DNA from: Fibrobacter succinogenes subsp. succinogenes S85
GTDB lineage: Bacteria; Fibrobacterota; Fibrobacteria; Fibrobacterales; Fibrobacteraceae
DNA length: 32,000 nt
Assembly: GCF_000146505.1 (NCBI RefSeq)
Contig: NC_017448.1
Location: forward strand, 3,120,001 to 3,152,000
Reading direction: 5' to 3'
Position numbers and translations under genes: made by a program. Below are positions 1-7,420 of the stretch, piece after piece. Position 1 is the stretch's first letter. Each line of letters opens with the position of its first letter. The notes below the pieces were generated by a model. That model searched no databases, had not been told where the DNA came from, and saw only the letters and a program-made list of their open reading frames with translations.

Positions 1-4
1 AAGT

Positions 5-79
5 AGAACTTAGAACTTAGAGCTTAGAACTTAGACTAAGTTCTGCCAACTAAGTTCTGCCAACTGCGGCGAAGCCGCA
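5..79. repeat. Intergenic heptamer tandem repeat plus inverted 14-mer repeat plus GC hairpin
   Basis: Four tandem 7-mers AGAACTT/AGAGCTT lie at 5-32. Two tandem 14-mers CTAAGTTCTGCCAA follow at 36-63 and contain AAGTTCT, the reverse complement of the 7-mer. A hairpin TGCGGC-GAA-GCCGCA sits at 65-79. Stop codons occur in the frame of the downstream ORF, so the region is non-coding. Confidence 0.5.
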
Positions 80-96
80 AACAAGGAGTGCAAAAA

Positions 97-243
97 ATGT
101 CAGAAAAAGAACTCTCTCAGTATGGTGAAGGTGTTGGATTCGAACGTATCCGCCGCATTACGGGTTACCTCGTCGGTACAGTTGACCGTTTCAACAATGC
201 CAAGCGCGCTGAAGTCAACGATCGCGTAAAGCACGGCGTATAA
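97..243 (+). CDS. Stand-alone 48-aa glycyl-radical domain peptide resembling the NrdD C-terminus
   Basis: The ORF is below the track's 60-aa cutoff. ATG is at 97, preceded by AAGGAG at 83-88, and TAA is at 241-243. Translation is MSEKELSQYGEGVGFERIRRITGYLVGTVDRFNNAKRAEVNDRVKHGV. The RRxxGYL...FNxxKxxExxDRVKH pattern matches the glycyl-radical C-terminal tail of class III ribonucleotide reductase NrdD as I recall it. The ORF sits 1 nt upstream of nrdG. Confidence 0.6.
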   Translation: MSEKELSQYGEGVGFERIRRITGYLVGTVDRFNNAKRAEVNDRVKHGV

Positions 244-244
244 G

Positions 245-805
245 ATGGATGAATATCCTCCACTGCGGATTGCAGGGATTGAGCCCGAATCATTCGTGGA
301 CGGTCCCGGAATCCGCTTGACTGTGTTTACTCAGGGCTGTCACCACAACTGCCCGGGTTGCCAGAATCCGCAGACTCATGATTTTGAGGGCGGACACTTT
401 ATCGAGCGCGAAGCGATCATCACAATGATCAAGGAAAATCCGCTGCTCGATGGCGTGACGTTTAGCGGAGGCGATCCGATGGACCAGGCGGCGGCACTTA
501 TTCCGCTTGCCCGCGAAATCAAGGAACGCGGTCTCAATCTCGTGATTTTTACGGGATACACGTACGAACAGCTGATGAAGCTTACGCCCGAAAAGCCGGA
601 GCTTTTTGAACTGCTCACGTTTGCGGACATCCTCATCGACGGTCCGTTTGTCATGGCGAAGAAGTCCCTGGACATTAAGTTCAGAGGTTCCTGGAACCAG
701 CGCATTATCGATGTGCAAAAGAGCCTTGTCGAAGGCCATGTGGTCATCCACCAGATTCAACTGGACGAGATGGCGGAACACCCCGACAGGGAATACAATA
801 CGTAA
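245..805 (+). CDS. nrdG: Anaerobic ribonucleoside-triphosphate reductase activating protein (radical SAM)
   Basis: 186 aa. It has the CxxxCxxC cluster in GCHHNCPGCQNP and an N-terminal GPGIRLTVFTQGC typical of NrdG-type activases. It is adjacent to the NrdD-like glycyl-radical peptide. Confidence 0.85.
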   Translation: MDEYPPLRIAGIEPESFVDGPGIRLTVFTQGCHHNCPGCQNPQTHDFEGGHFIEREAIITMIKENPLLDGVTFSGGDPMDQAAALIPLAREIKERGLNLVIFTGYTYEQLMKLTPEKPELFELLTFADILIDGPFVMAKKSLDIKFRGSWNQRIIDVQKSLVEGHVVIHQIQLDEMAEHPDREYNT

Positions 806-840
806 GTGCGGTAAATGCCCGCGCGAATCGTGAATGCCCA

Positions 841-871
841 AAGGACGAGATTGAACTCGTCCTTTTGTGTT
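841..871. terminator. Hairpin terminator between convergent genes
   Basis: AAGGACGAG (841-849), loop ATTGAA, CTCGTCCTT (856-864), followed by TTGTGTT. It lies between the nrdG stop and the stop of the minus-strand ORF at 870-1094. Confidence 0.5.
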
Positions 872-1094
872 ATGGGATAATTTGGTCTTTGGTCAGATTG
901 AATCTGAGGATTAGTGTTTCCAAAGGGACCCCATCTTTGAAAAGGGCCCTAGCTGTTTCTAGCTTTTCGGCTTCGGCCTTGTTGAGCTCGTCACGTACCT
1001 TTTGTGTTTCTGCATGGGCATCGGCAAGTCTTTTACGGAATACATCGCCGGCACTCACAAAACCATATTTCTGTCCAATGCTAACGAATGCCAT
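870..1094 (-). CDS. Small hypothetical protein (74 aa) with an HTH-like C-terminal segment
   Basis: The ATG is preceded by CAAGGAGTTAGAA, a good SD. The C-terminal GVPLETLILRFNLTKDQI looks like a helix-turn-helix. I recognise no family. Confidence 0.5.
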   Translation of the reverse strand: MAFVSIGQKYGFVSAGDVFRKRLADAHAETQKVRDELNKAEAEKLETARALFKDGVPLETLILRFNLTKDQIIP

Positions 1095-1313
1095 TTCTAA
1101 CTCCTTGAGTTGTTCTTCTGTGAGGTACTTTAAAGCTACATTCGTTATGGAAAATAATCAAGTAGGCCTATTGTTGGGCTTGGGGAGGGCTGATGATTAG
1201 GAAAAAACGATGGAATTTGTGTCTTTGATACAATGTCGAAGGATTTTTCCGGAACAGACCTTTATATCGAGGATGAGGAATAATCTATATTACAAGTAAT
1301 AAAGGAGCCCGTT

Positions 1314-2270
1314 ATGACATATACATTTTTGAAGCTTGCTGAAGAAGTTCTTGAAGAAGCCAAAAAGCGCGAGAACATCCAAGCACTTTCCCATGTGGAA
1401 ATATGGGAAAAGGCTGAAAAATATGGAATTCAAAACAAGTGTAGTTCCTCTGGTAAAACGCCTTGGCAATCCATCTGCGCTCAAATATATGTGGATATGA
1501 AGGATAACGCTAAAACTATTTTTGCAAAAATTGGTACGCGGCCTGTGCGTTTTGCTCTTAAGAAATATGTTGAAAATGGTGTAAAGATTACTGACATAGA
1601 ACAAAAAATAAAACAGCCTAAGACAATATTTTCGGAACGGGATTTACATCCGCTTTTGACGAAGTTTGTTTATTCGAATTCGCATTTTCATTGTTATGCA
1701 AAGACTATTTATCATGAGACTTCAGCCAAACATAAGATTGGGCGAAATCATTGGTTACATCCGGATTTGATGGCCGTCTATTTCCCGTTTGATTCGTATC
1801 AAACAGGAACACTGGATATAATTAAGTCTTTTTATGAGTCAAAAATGAAATTGTTCTCATTTGAGATGAAAAAAGAAATCACTAGCTCGACTCTTCGTGA
1901 GTATTATTTCCAAGCAGTTTCTAATTCTAGTTGGGCTAACGAAGGCTATTTGGTCGCTTTGAAATTTGATCAAGATGATGATTTTCGTGAAGAAATGCAA
2001 CGCCTTAACAATTCTTTCGGCATAGGCTTTATCCAACTCGACGCAATGAATGTGGAACAAAGTAGTGTTCTAATTCCTGCTAAAATCCATGAACAAATTG
2101 ATTGGGATTTTCTTGATCGTCTTATTGAGGAAAATCCTGATGTCAAGAATTTCGTCGACTCCATTAATGGGGATGTTCTGCTTCAAAAGGTAAAGAATAA
2201 GAACGAATATGATGAAATCTTCGATAACTCCAAGATGGAAAAGTGGATTAAGGACAAGGGAATTGAATAG
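1314..2270 (+). CDS. HARE-HTH N-terminal domain fused to a PD-(D/E)xK nuclease-like domain (Mrr/restriction-endonuclease-like)
   Basis: The SD AAAGGAG lies upstream of the ATG. The N-terminus (KTPWQSICAQIYVDMKDN...RPVRFAL) fits the HARE-HTH pattern found in RpoE-delta and restriction enzymes. Downstream are ERDLHPLL, HPDLMAVYF (D151) and FSFEMKK (E184-x-K186), then YYFQAVS, which together give an ordered E...PD...ExK...Q nuclease core. The gene sits in an AT-rich context. Confidence 0.6.
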   Translation: MTYTFLKLAEEVLEEAKKRENIQALSHVEIWEKAEKYGIQNKCSSSGKTPWQSICAQIYVDMKDNAKTIFAKIGTRPVRFALKKYVENGVKITDIEQKIKQPKTIFSERDLHPLLTKFVYSNSHFHCYAKTIYHETSAKHKIGRNHWLHPDLMAVYFPFDSYQTGTLDIIKSFYESKMKLFSFEMKKEITSSTLREYYFQAVSNSSWANEGYLVALKFDQDDDFREEMQRLNNSFGIGFIQLDAMNVEQSSVLIPAKIHEQIDWDFLDRLIEENPDVKNFVDSINGDVLLQKVKNKNEYDEIFDNSKMEKWIKDKGIE

Positions 2271-2318
2271 CGACTATTGTCTGACAAAAGTTAATTAGCT
2301 ATATTTGTTAATAACAAT

Positions 2319-2368
2319 TCCCACCGTGCCTCTTAACAATGCGTACCACGGTGGGACTTCGCATTTTT
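2319..2368 (+). terminator. Putative rho-independent terminator
   Basis: TCCCACCGTG (2319-2328) pairs with CACGGTGGGA (2347-2356) across an 18-nt loop, followed by CTTCGCATTTTT. Confidence 0.4.
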
Positions 2369-2484
2369 AGGCGTTGTCTTTGGTTTTGCGGTCGAAATTT
2401 TCGATTGCAAATTCTCTACCATGCTGGTGGAGTTTTTCGGTATGGTGCGAATGTAAAATTGCTCGGCAAAAATGTACAACCCTC

Positions 2485-2513
2485 TTGACGATAGTTTTCC
2501 GATAATCTATATT
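2485..2513 (+). promoter_or_regulatory. Sigma70-like promoter TTGACG-N17-TATATT
   Basis: TTGACG is at 2485-2490, followed by a 17-nt spacer and TATATT at 2508-2513. The predicted leader contains a hairpin at 2558-2585 (CCCCGC/GCGGGG) that abuts the SD GGAGGAG at 2584-2590. Confidence 0.35.
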
Positions 2514-2596
2514 TGGTGTACGGATGAGCAAATGTGTTGCTCTATAAACAACAAAAGCCCCGCTGTTTTCAGCATGTCTGCGGGGAGGAGTTAAAA

Positions 2597-3154
2597 ATGA
2601 AGAATGATGTGAAGAATGGTGGCGTCGGCATTTGGCTTGATGAAATTGTTCCTTGTCTCAAGGATACCGAAACTGGCGAAATCAAGGAAACGGTTGTATT
2701 TAAAATCGAAAGTCGTTCATTCCTGAAAAAATTCAACGAAAAGAACGGTTGGGGAATCAATTGGATTGAAATTCCCGATAATGTTGAGGTCTTTGCTTTA
2801 GCGCTAAAGGAAAATAACGAAATTCAGGGTTTTATCGGAGTAAAAAATGACAAGAATTCCGTGGCTGCATTTATCCATTGGGCTTGTACTGCTCCTCGTA
2901 ATAATAAGCGATTGTGTGGATCGCAAAAATACATTGGGGTAGGAGGACATCTATTTGCTATTGCTGCTGATAAATCAATTCAGTGGGGATATCAAGGCGC
3001 AATTCACGGCTTTGCCCTTAACAGAGAGCTACTTAATCACTATATTGAAGTATTAGGAGCCATATTTTTAGGGGCTTTGCACGAATACCAATTTTTCGTG
3101 AACGAAAACGCGGCTAAACATCTTTTGGAGACTTACACCTATGAATGGAACTAA
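2597..3154 (+). CDS. GNAT-like acyl-CoA N-acyltransferase fold protein (185 aa)
   Basis: I prefer the ATG at 2597 (SD GGAGGAG 7 nt upstream) to the track's GTG at 2534. The segment IQGFIGVKNDKNSVAAFIHWACTAP...KYIGVGGHLFAIAADKS resembles the GNAT beta4-alpha3 core. The assignment is by eye only. Confidence 0.5.
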   Translation: MKNDVKNGGVGIWLDEIVPCLKDTETGEIKETVVFKIESRSFLKKFNEKNGWGINWIEIPDNVEVFALALKENNEIQGFIGVKNDKNSVAAFIHWACTAPRNNKRLCGSQKYIGVGGHLFAIAADKSIQWGYQGAIHGFALNRELLNHYIEVLGAIFLGALHEYQFFVNENAAKHLLETYTYEWN

Positions 3155-3326
3155 AGGGCCTGTCATTCTGGCGGAATCCATGGAGGCGTATAGGGCCACT
3201 CCTGATCCGTACAAAGATGCTCCTTCAATGCATGTGAACTTGTTGGAGTTGTCTCGTTATGCAGAAAGAGTTGGAAAGCCGATGTGCGAATTGACAAAGG
3301 AAGAAATAGACCAATTCCGGTTGTAA
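3141..3326 (+). CDS. Small hypothetical protein (61 aa) overlapping the GNAT-like gene by 14 nt
   Basis: The ATG lies inside the end of the upstream gene (ATGAATGGAACTAA), which suggests coupling. I recognise no family. Confidence 0.35.
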   Translation: MNGTKGPVILAESMEAYRATPDPYKDAPSMHVNLLELSRYAERVGKPMCELTKEEIDQFRL

Positions 3327-3365
3327 TTTATCTCGTCATCCCTCGTTCTTGATTATATTTATCAC

Positions 3366-4418
3366 ATGGTTATGAATATGTTTGGGAAGATAGTTTTGGC
3401 TGCGGCCATGGTGTCATCTGCTATAGTTGTGCCTGCGTTTGCGGCGGGTAAGGTCGCTTGCGTTGGCAATAGCATCACGTATGGTTACGGGATTGAGTCC
3501 TGGCCGGACCAGACGAGTTATCCGCATCATTTGCAGGGGATGCTTCGCGAAAATGCGCCGAGCGATACGGTCGAGAATTTTGGCGTGAGCGGGCTTACGG
3601 TCCGCAAGGACGATCAGGCTTCGTATTGGAAGGGGTACCGCTTTGCGCCGGCAATTGAATTTGCGGCGGATACGGTTATCATCGAGTTGGGTACGAACGA
3701 TTCGAAATCGTACACGACTTGGAATACTCCGGCGCAGGATGCTGCGGTGGACTCTGCGATTACGGCGGATTTTGAAGCGCTTATTGACACGTTCCAGGTG
3801 AAGTCGAAGCCGCATGTTTTTATTTGCTTGGCTCCTTATGTGAACAACATAGAATGGAATATCCTTGATACGGCTGTCGTAAAGCGCGTGAATCCGGCTA
3901 TTTTGCGGGCTGGGCTTGAAAAGGGTGTGAACGTGATTGACTTGCATTCTCGTTTTAGCGCCCTTGAAAATCCGAGCTGGTATTTGGAAGATATGGTGCA
4001 TCCGTCTGTTGAGGGCGCAAAGCACTTGGCCGAAATTGTGTATGCCCATTTGCAAATGGATACGTTGCATGTAACGCAGGACGGATCAACGCTCAAGGCT
4101 CCGAAGGGCTTCTATGGTTTCCAGTGGTACAAGGATGGGAAACTTCTTGAAGGTGAAACTCTTGAAACGCTTGAGGTTAAGGGTGAGGGCGAATACAAGG
4201 TTTCTGTGAAGGTGGACGAAAAGACGCTTTCGCGGATTGTGACGGCTCCGTTGAAAGTCGAAAAGACGACTGCCTTGAAGCCGGGTGTTCGTGAAATCGC
4301 TCGCGAAAACTCGGTGGGTGTAGCGAACATGGCTAAATCGGCGCGACGTTTTGACGCTCAAGGCCGCGCTCTGAAAGCTCGCGGACCATCGCACCAGAAA
4401 ATCTACACTAAACGCTAG
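3366..4418 (+). CDS. Secreted SGNH/GDSL-family esterase with a basic C-terminal tail
   Basis: It has a signal peptide (MFGKIVLAAAMVSSAIVVPAFA) and SGNH blocks CVGNSITYGYG (I), GVSG (II), GTNDS (III) and DMVHPS (V, DxxH). The C-terminus RRFDAQGRALKARGPSHQKIYTKR resembles the basic terminal domain of Fibrobacter glycanases (from memory). Confidence 0.8.
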   Translation: MVMNMFGKIVLAAAMVSSAIVVPAFAAGKVACVGNSITYGYGIESWPDQTSYPHHLQGMLRENAPSDTVENFGVSGLTVRKDDQASYWKGYRFAPAIEFAADTVIIELGTNDSKSYTTWNTPAQDAAVDSAITADFEALIDTFQVKSKPHVFICLAPYVNNIEWNILDTAVVKRVNPAILRAGLEKGVNVIDLHSRFSALENPSWYLEDMVHPSVEGAKHLAEIVYAHLQMDTLHVTQDGSTLKAPKGFYGFQWYKDGKLLEGETLETLEVKGEGEYKVSVKVDEKTLSRIVTAPLKVEKTTALKPGVREIARENSVGVANMAKSARRFDAQGRALKARGPSHQKIYTKR

Positions 4419-4427
4419 AACTGAAAA

Positions 4428-4458
4428 GGGAACGACCGGAGTCGTTCCCTGCGTGTTT
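4428..4458 (+). terminator. Rho-independent terminator
   Basis: GGGAACGAC (4428-4436), loop CGGA, GTCGTTCCC (4441-4449), then TGCGTGTTTG. Confidence 0.6.
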
Positions 4459-4691
4459 GAGAGATGGACCTGTTCTCGTAGCATCGCTAGAGCTTGTTTT
4501 GGTGTGGGGCTTTTATAGCTCAATCCGATGCCTGAGCAAAATTCCTTTTTCTATAAAGATAGATGCGGATGCTCCAAATGTCGAGGGAAAACAGGTGTCG
4601 CGGGAACAAAGCGTCCTCGGTAGACAACGATTTTGTGGCTGTTTTTAGGGCTTTTTTACCGAAAATCGGCTTTACAATATATTTTTAGAGT

Positions 4692-5579
4692 ATGAAATCC
4701 AGTGCAGAAAAATTGCAGCCTGAAGAGCGTCTCGGTTCAATCCCTCCGAAGCGCATGTCAGTTTTTGAATTTGATGATTACCGCGCTTATTTGCGGCACT
4801 ATTTTGAGTGTGCGCAAGCCTTGAACCGCCGTTATTCGCTGCGGAGTTTTTCGGACAAGCTGGGATTTTCGTCCAAGGATTTTATTTCGCGTGTGATGAA
4901 GGGCGAAAAGAGCCTCACTCCGGCAAGCATTGCAAAAATTGTCGGTGGCTTGCAATTCGATGAAAGCGAGGCTGCATATTTCGAGGCGATGGTGCTTTTC
5001 TGCCAGGCGTCCAACGGCGATGAGCGTGAAAACTACAAGAAGCGCATGGAAGAAATCACGGCAACTTACCGTTTCACGCAGCAGATGCTTTTGACTCGTG
5101 CGTACCAGTATGAAGTTTATTCGCACTGGTATTATTCCGCGATCCGCTCAATTATCGGGATGATTGGTTTTGATGGCGATTACGATGCTCTCGGGGCGCG
5201 CTTGATGCCGCCGATTTCTGGAGAGCAAGCGCGGCAAGCGGTGGATTTGCTGGAACGCGTCGGGCTCATCAAGAAGGACGCCAAGGGCAACTGGATTTTG
5301 AACAATCCGGCGATTAGCACGGGCGACAAGGTCATCCAGCAGGCTTTTATCAATTACCACAAGGAATTTATTGATCTCGCGAAGGAGTCCATTACCAATG
5401 TTCCTTCGACCGAAAGGAACGTGAGCAGTGTGACTCTCGGCATTTCGGAGGCATCTTACAAGAAAATTGTCAAGTGCATCAATGAGTTCCGCAAAAAAAT
5501 TTCTATGATTGCTAATGAGGACGAGGACGGTGGCCGCGTTTTCCAGATGAATATCCAGATTTTCCCGTTGTCCAAGTGA
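4692..5579 (+). CDS. TIGR02147-like protein (Fibrobacter paralogous family, DUF4423-type)
   Basis: FDDYRAYLRHYFE...RYSLRSFSDKLGFSSKDFISRVMKGEKSLTPASIAKIVGGLQFDESEAAYFEAMVLFCQA matches the N-terminal HTH-like signature of that family as I recall it. Confidence 0.75.
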   Translation: MKSSAEKLQPEERLGSIPPKRMSVFEFDDYRAYLRHYFECAQALNRRYSLRSFSDKLGFSSKDFISRVMKGEKSLTPASIAKIVGGLQFDESEAAYFEAMVLFCQASNGDERENYKKRMEEITATYRFTQQMLLTRAYQYEVYSHWYYSAIRSIIGMIGFDGDYDALGARLMPPISGEQARQAVDLLERVGLIKKDAKGNWILNNPAISTGDKVIQQAFINYHKEFIDLAKESITNVPSTERNVSSVTLGISEASYKKIVKCINEFRKKISMIANEDEDGGRVFQMNIQIFPLSK

Positions 5580-5586
5580 GGATGCA

Positions 5587-7368
5587 ATGAAACGAAATAC
5601 TCGATTGGCTAAATCGGCGGTTTCTGCATTGTTCGCGTTGCAGGCGTTGCTTGCAATGGTTTTCCTCGTATCTTGCTCTGACAACAAGGTGGCGGGCGGA
5701 AACAGCTCCGAAGTCGGTTCCCCAGAATTGATGGGAACGCTTGCTTATGCTGACGGAGCGCAAAGACCGGACTTTTTTAGGCGCGCCTCTTATGCTCGTG
5801 TTTACTGCGTGCCGGCGGATTATGACCCTGCAAAAGAAGATAGCACATCGTACTATGCGACTACTGCGGATTCTGCGGGGCGTTTCGCATTTGATAACTT
5901 GCCAGAGGGCGTTTATAACTTGGAAGCGTTTTATGAAGATTCGGATGGCGAAACATTTGCTGTTCGCGAATCTGGCCTGAAAATTGCGAAGGATTCTGCG
6001 CAATCTGTCAATTTGGGATTGAATCAAAGTAACGACATCAAGATTTATTTGCAAGATACCAAGGACTCGGTTGCTAGCCTTTCTATCGTGGGTTCAACGT
6101 ACAAGTCAACCGCCAAGATTATAACAGATGGAATTGTTCGTTATGCGATTTTTACCGGTGTACTGGCATCGTACTATGATTCGGTGCAAGTGAGTACTTC
6201 GGAGGGCACTAATAGCATCAAGGCCGTTCTTGTTGAAAATACGGATGCAAAGCAGGCCTTTTACTATGATAGTTCTGCCCGCACTTTGGAAATCCCGCTC
6301 AATACATCGGCGACTGGCATAGACCTGCGCGATACTATTGAAGGGTTTCCGCTGTATGTCCGCTTGAACGATTTGAATGCGGATGACCGCAAGTCGCTTG
6401 TCAAGAATCTTTATTCGCTAAAAGTTTATTTAGAGCCAGCTTCGTTCTGGACAACATTCAAGGTCGTTTGTGGCAAGGACTCTATTCCGACGGGGCTGTG
6501 GGTTCGCTTGTCTACGCTTTACCCGCAACGGGAAACGCAAAAGCTCGTTTTCGCCTGGAATGAAACGGATTTTATTGAGGAACCTAGTGTGACGGAGGCT
6601 TGTGTCGTGAGAGACGATGCTTTCGGAAGTGCGCTTGCCTTGATTCGCGCCGCAGATCCGTTCACAATTTCGGATGGCTTTATGGCGGCGTGGAACTTTG
6701 ACGAACGTGAAATTCCGGATTCGATAGTCAAAACTTCTGGCGATAATCCGTTCATGGGACGCGTCACTGACGTTACCGCAGGCGATGGAATTATTGGCGG
6801 AGCATTTGTATTTAACGGAAAATCTTCCATTATTGAAATTCAGGAATCCGCAGATTATTGGGGCTTTGCGTTGAAGGATACGTCTAGCTTTACGGCGTCT
6901 TTCTGGGTGAATGTTGAAGATACTTCGACATCTCGATTCATTTGGGGCAAGTCGGAGTCGGAATACCATTTCAAGTATCAAGCTGGCGATAGCGACCGTT
7001 CAAGCTGGATGTTCAAGGAACTCGATGAATCGGATTTGGATCATTGGTATGAGGCTAGCATCGCGACTGCGCCGGAAACCGATTACAAGCAGTGGGTTCA
7101 TTTTACGGTCGTCAAGTCGGGCGATTCGACGGCGATATACAGGAACGGTGAACTTGAAGAAACTATGGTTAGCCGCAACCATACGGATGATAAGCGTACA
7201 TCGGATGGCTCGTTTGTCATTGGCGCTCGCAAGCAATCCAACGGTAAGGTGGACCGAGTTTTCAAGGGTTCGCTTGATGAACTTTACTTTATGGATGAAG
7301 CGAAAAGTTCTGAATGGGCTAGGCTCATGTACCTGAACCAAAAGCCGACCGGCTACTGGCCAAAGTAA
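5587..7368 (+). CDS. Lipoprotein with a CarboxypepD_reg-like N-terminal domain and a LamG/concanavalin-like C-terminal domain
   Basis: The lipobox is LVSC. GRFAFDNLPEGVYNLEAF is typical of the carboxypeptidase-regulatory fold. The C-terminal FNGKSSIIEI...FTASFWV...GSLDELYFMDEAKSSEW fits the Laminin_G_3 pattern. The gene starts 8 nt after the TIGR02147-like gene. Confidence 0.7.
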   Translation: MKRNTRLAKSAVSALFALQALLAMVFLVSCSDNKVAGGNSSEVGSPELMGTLAYADGAQRPDFFRRASYARVYCVPADYDPAKEDSTSYYATTADSAGRFAFDNLPEGVYNLEAFYEDSDGETFAVRESGLKIAKDSAQSVNLGLNQSNDIKIYLQDTKDSVASLSIVGSTYKSTAKIITDGIVRYAIFTGVLASYYDSVQVSTSEGTNSIKAVLVENTDAKQAFYYDSSARTLEIPLNTSATGIDLRDTIEGFPLYVRLNDLNADDRKSLVKNLYSLKVYLEPASFWTTFKVVCGKDSIPTGLWVRLSTLYPQRETQKLVFAWNETDFIEEPSVTEACVVRDDAFGSALALIRAADPFTISDGFMAAWNFDEREIPDSIVKTSGDNPFMGRVTDVTAGDGIIGGAFVFNGKSSIIEIQESADYWGFALKDTSSFTASFWVNVEDTSTSRFIWGKSESEYHFKYQAGDSDRSSWMFKELDESDLDHWYEASIATAPETDYKQWVHFTVVKSGDSTAIYRNGELEETMVSRNHTDDKRTSDGSFVIGARKQSNGKVDRVFKGSLDELYFMDEAKSSEWARLMYLNQKPTGYWPK

Positions 7369-7375
7369 ACTTAAC

Positions 7376-7400
7376 GCGCGCGGGAATGCCCGCGCATTTT
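7376..7400 (+). terminator. Rho-independent terminator
   Basis: A GC-rich stem GCGCGGG/CCCGCGC spans 7378-7395 and is followed by ATTTT. Confidence 0.5.
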
Positions 7401-7420
7401 GCGACTCGTCATCCTCTGAG

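Noticed and set aside
290-841. Minus-strand ORFs of 183 and 123 aa opposite nrdG.
   Set aside because: They are antisense to a radical-SAM activase with a clear CxxxCxxC motif, and I see no SD or family resemblance.
865-1200. A 111-aa plus-strand ORF overlapping the minus-strand ORF at 870-1094.
   Set aside because: The minus-strand ORF has a strong SD (AAGGAG) and plausible sequence. The plus-strand ORF is S/L/A-rich low-complexity sequence starting inside the terminator hairpin.
3414-6981. Minus-strand ORFs opposite the esterase, the TIGR02147-like gene and the lipoprotein gene (218, 145, 122, 179, 180 and 183 aa).
   Set aside because: They are R/S/F-rich shadow ORFs antisense to genes with clear motifs (SGNH blocks, lipobox/LamG), and no coding evidence supports them.
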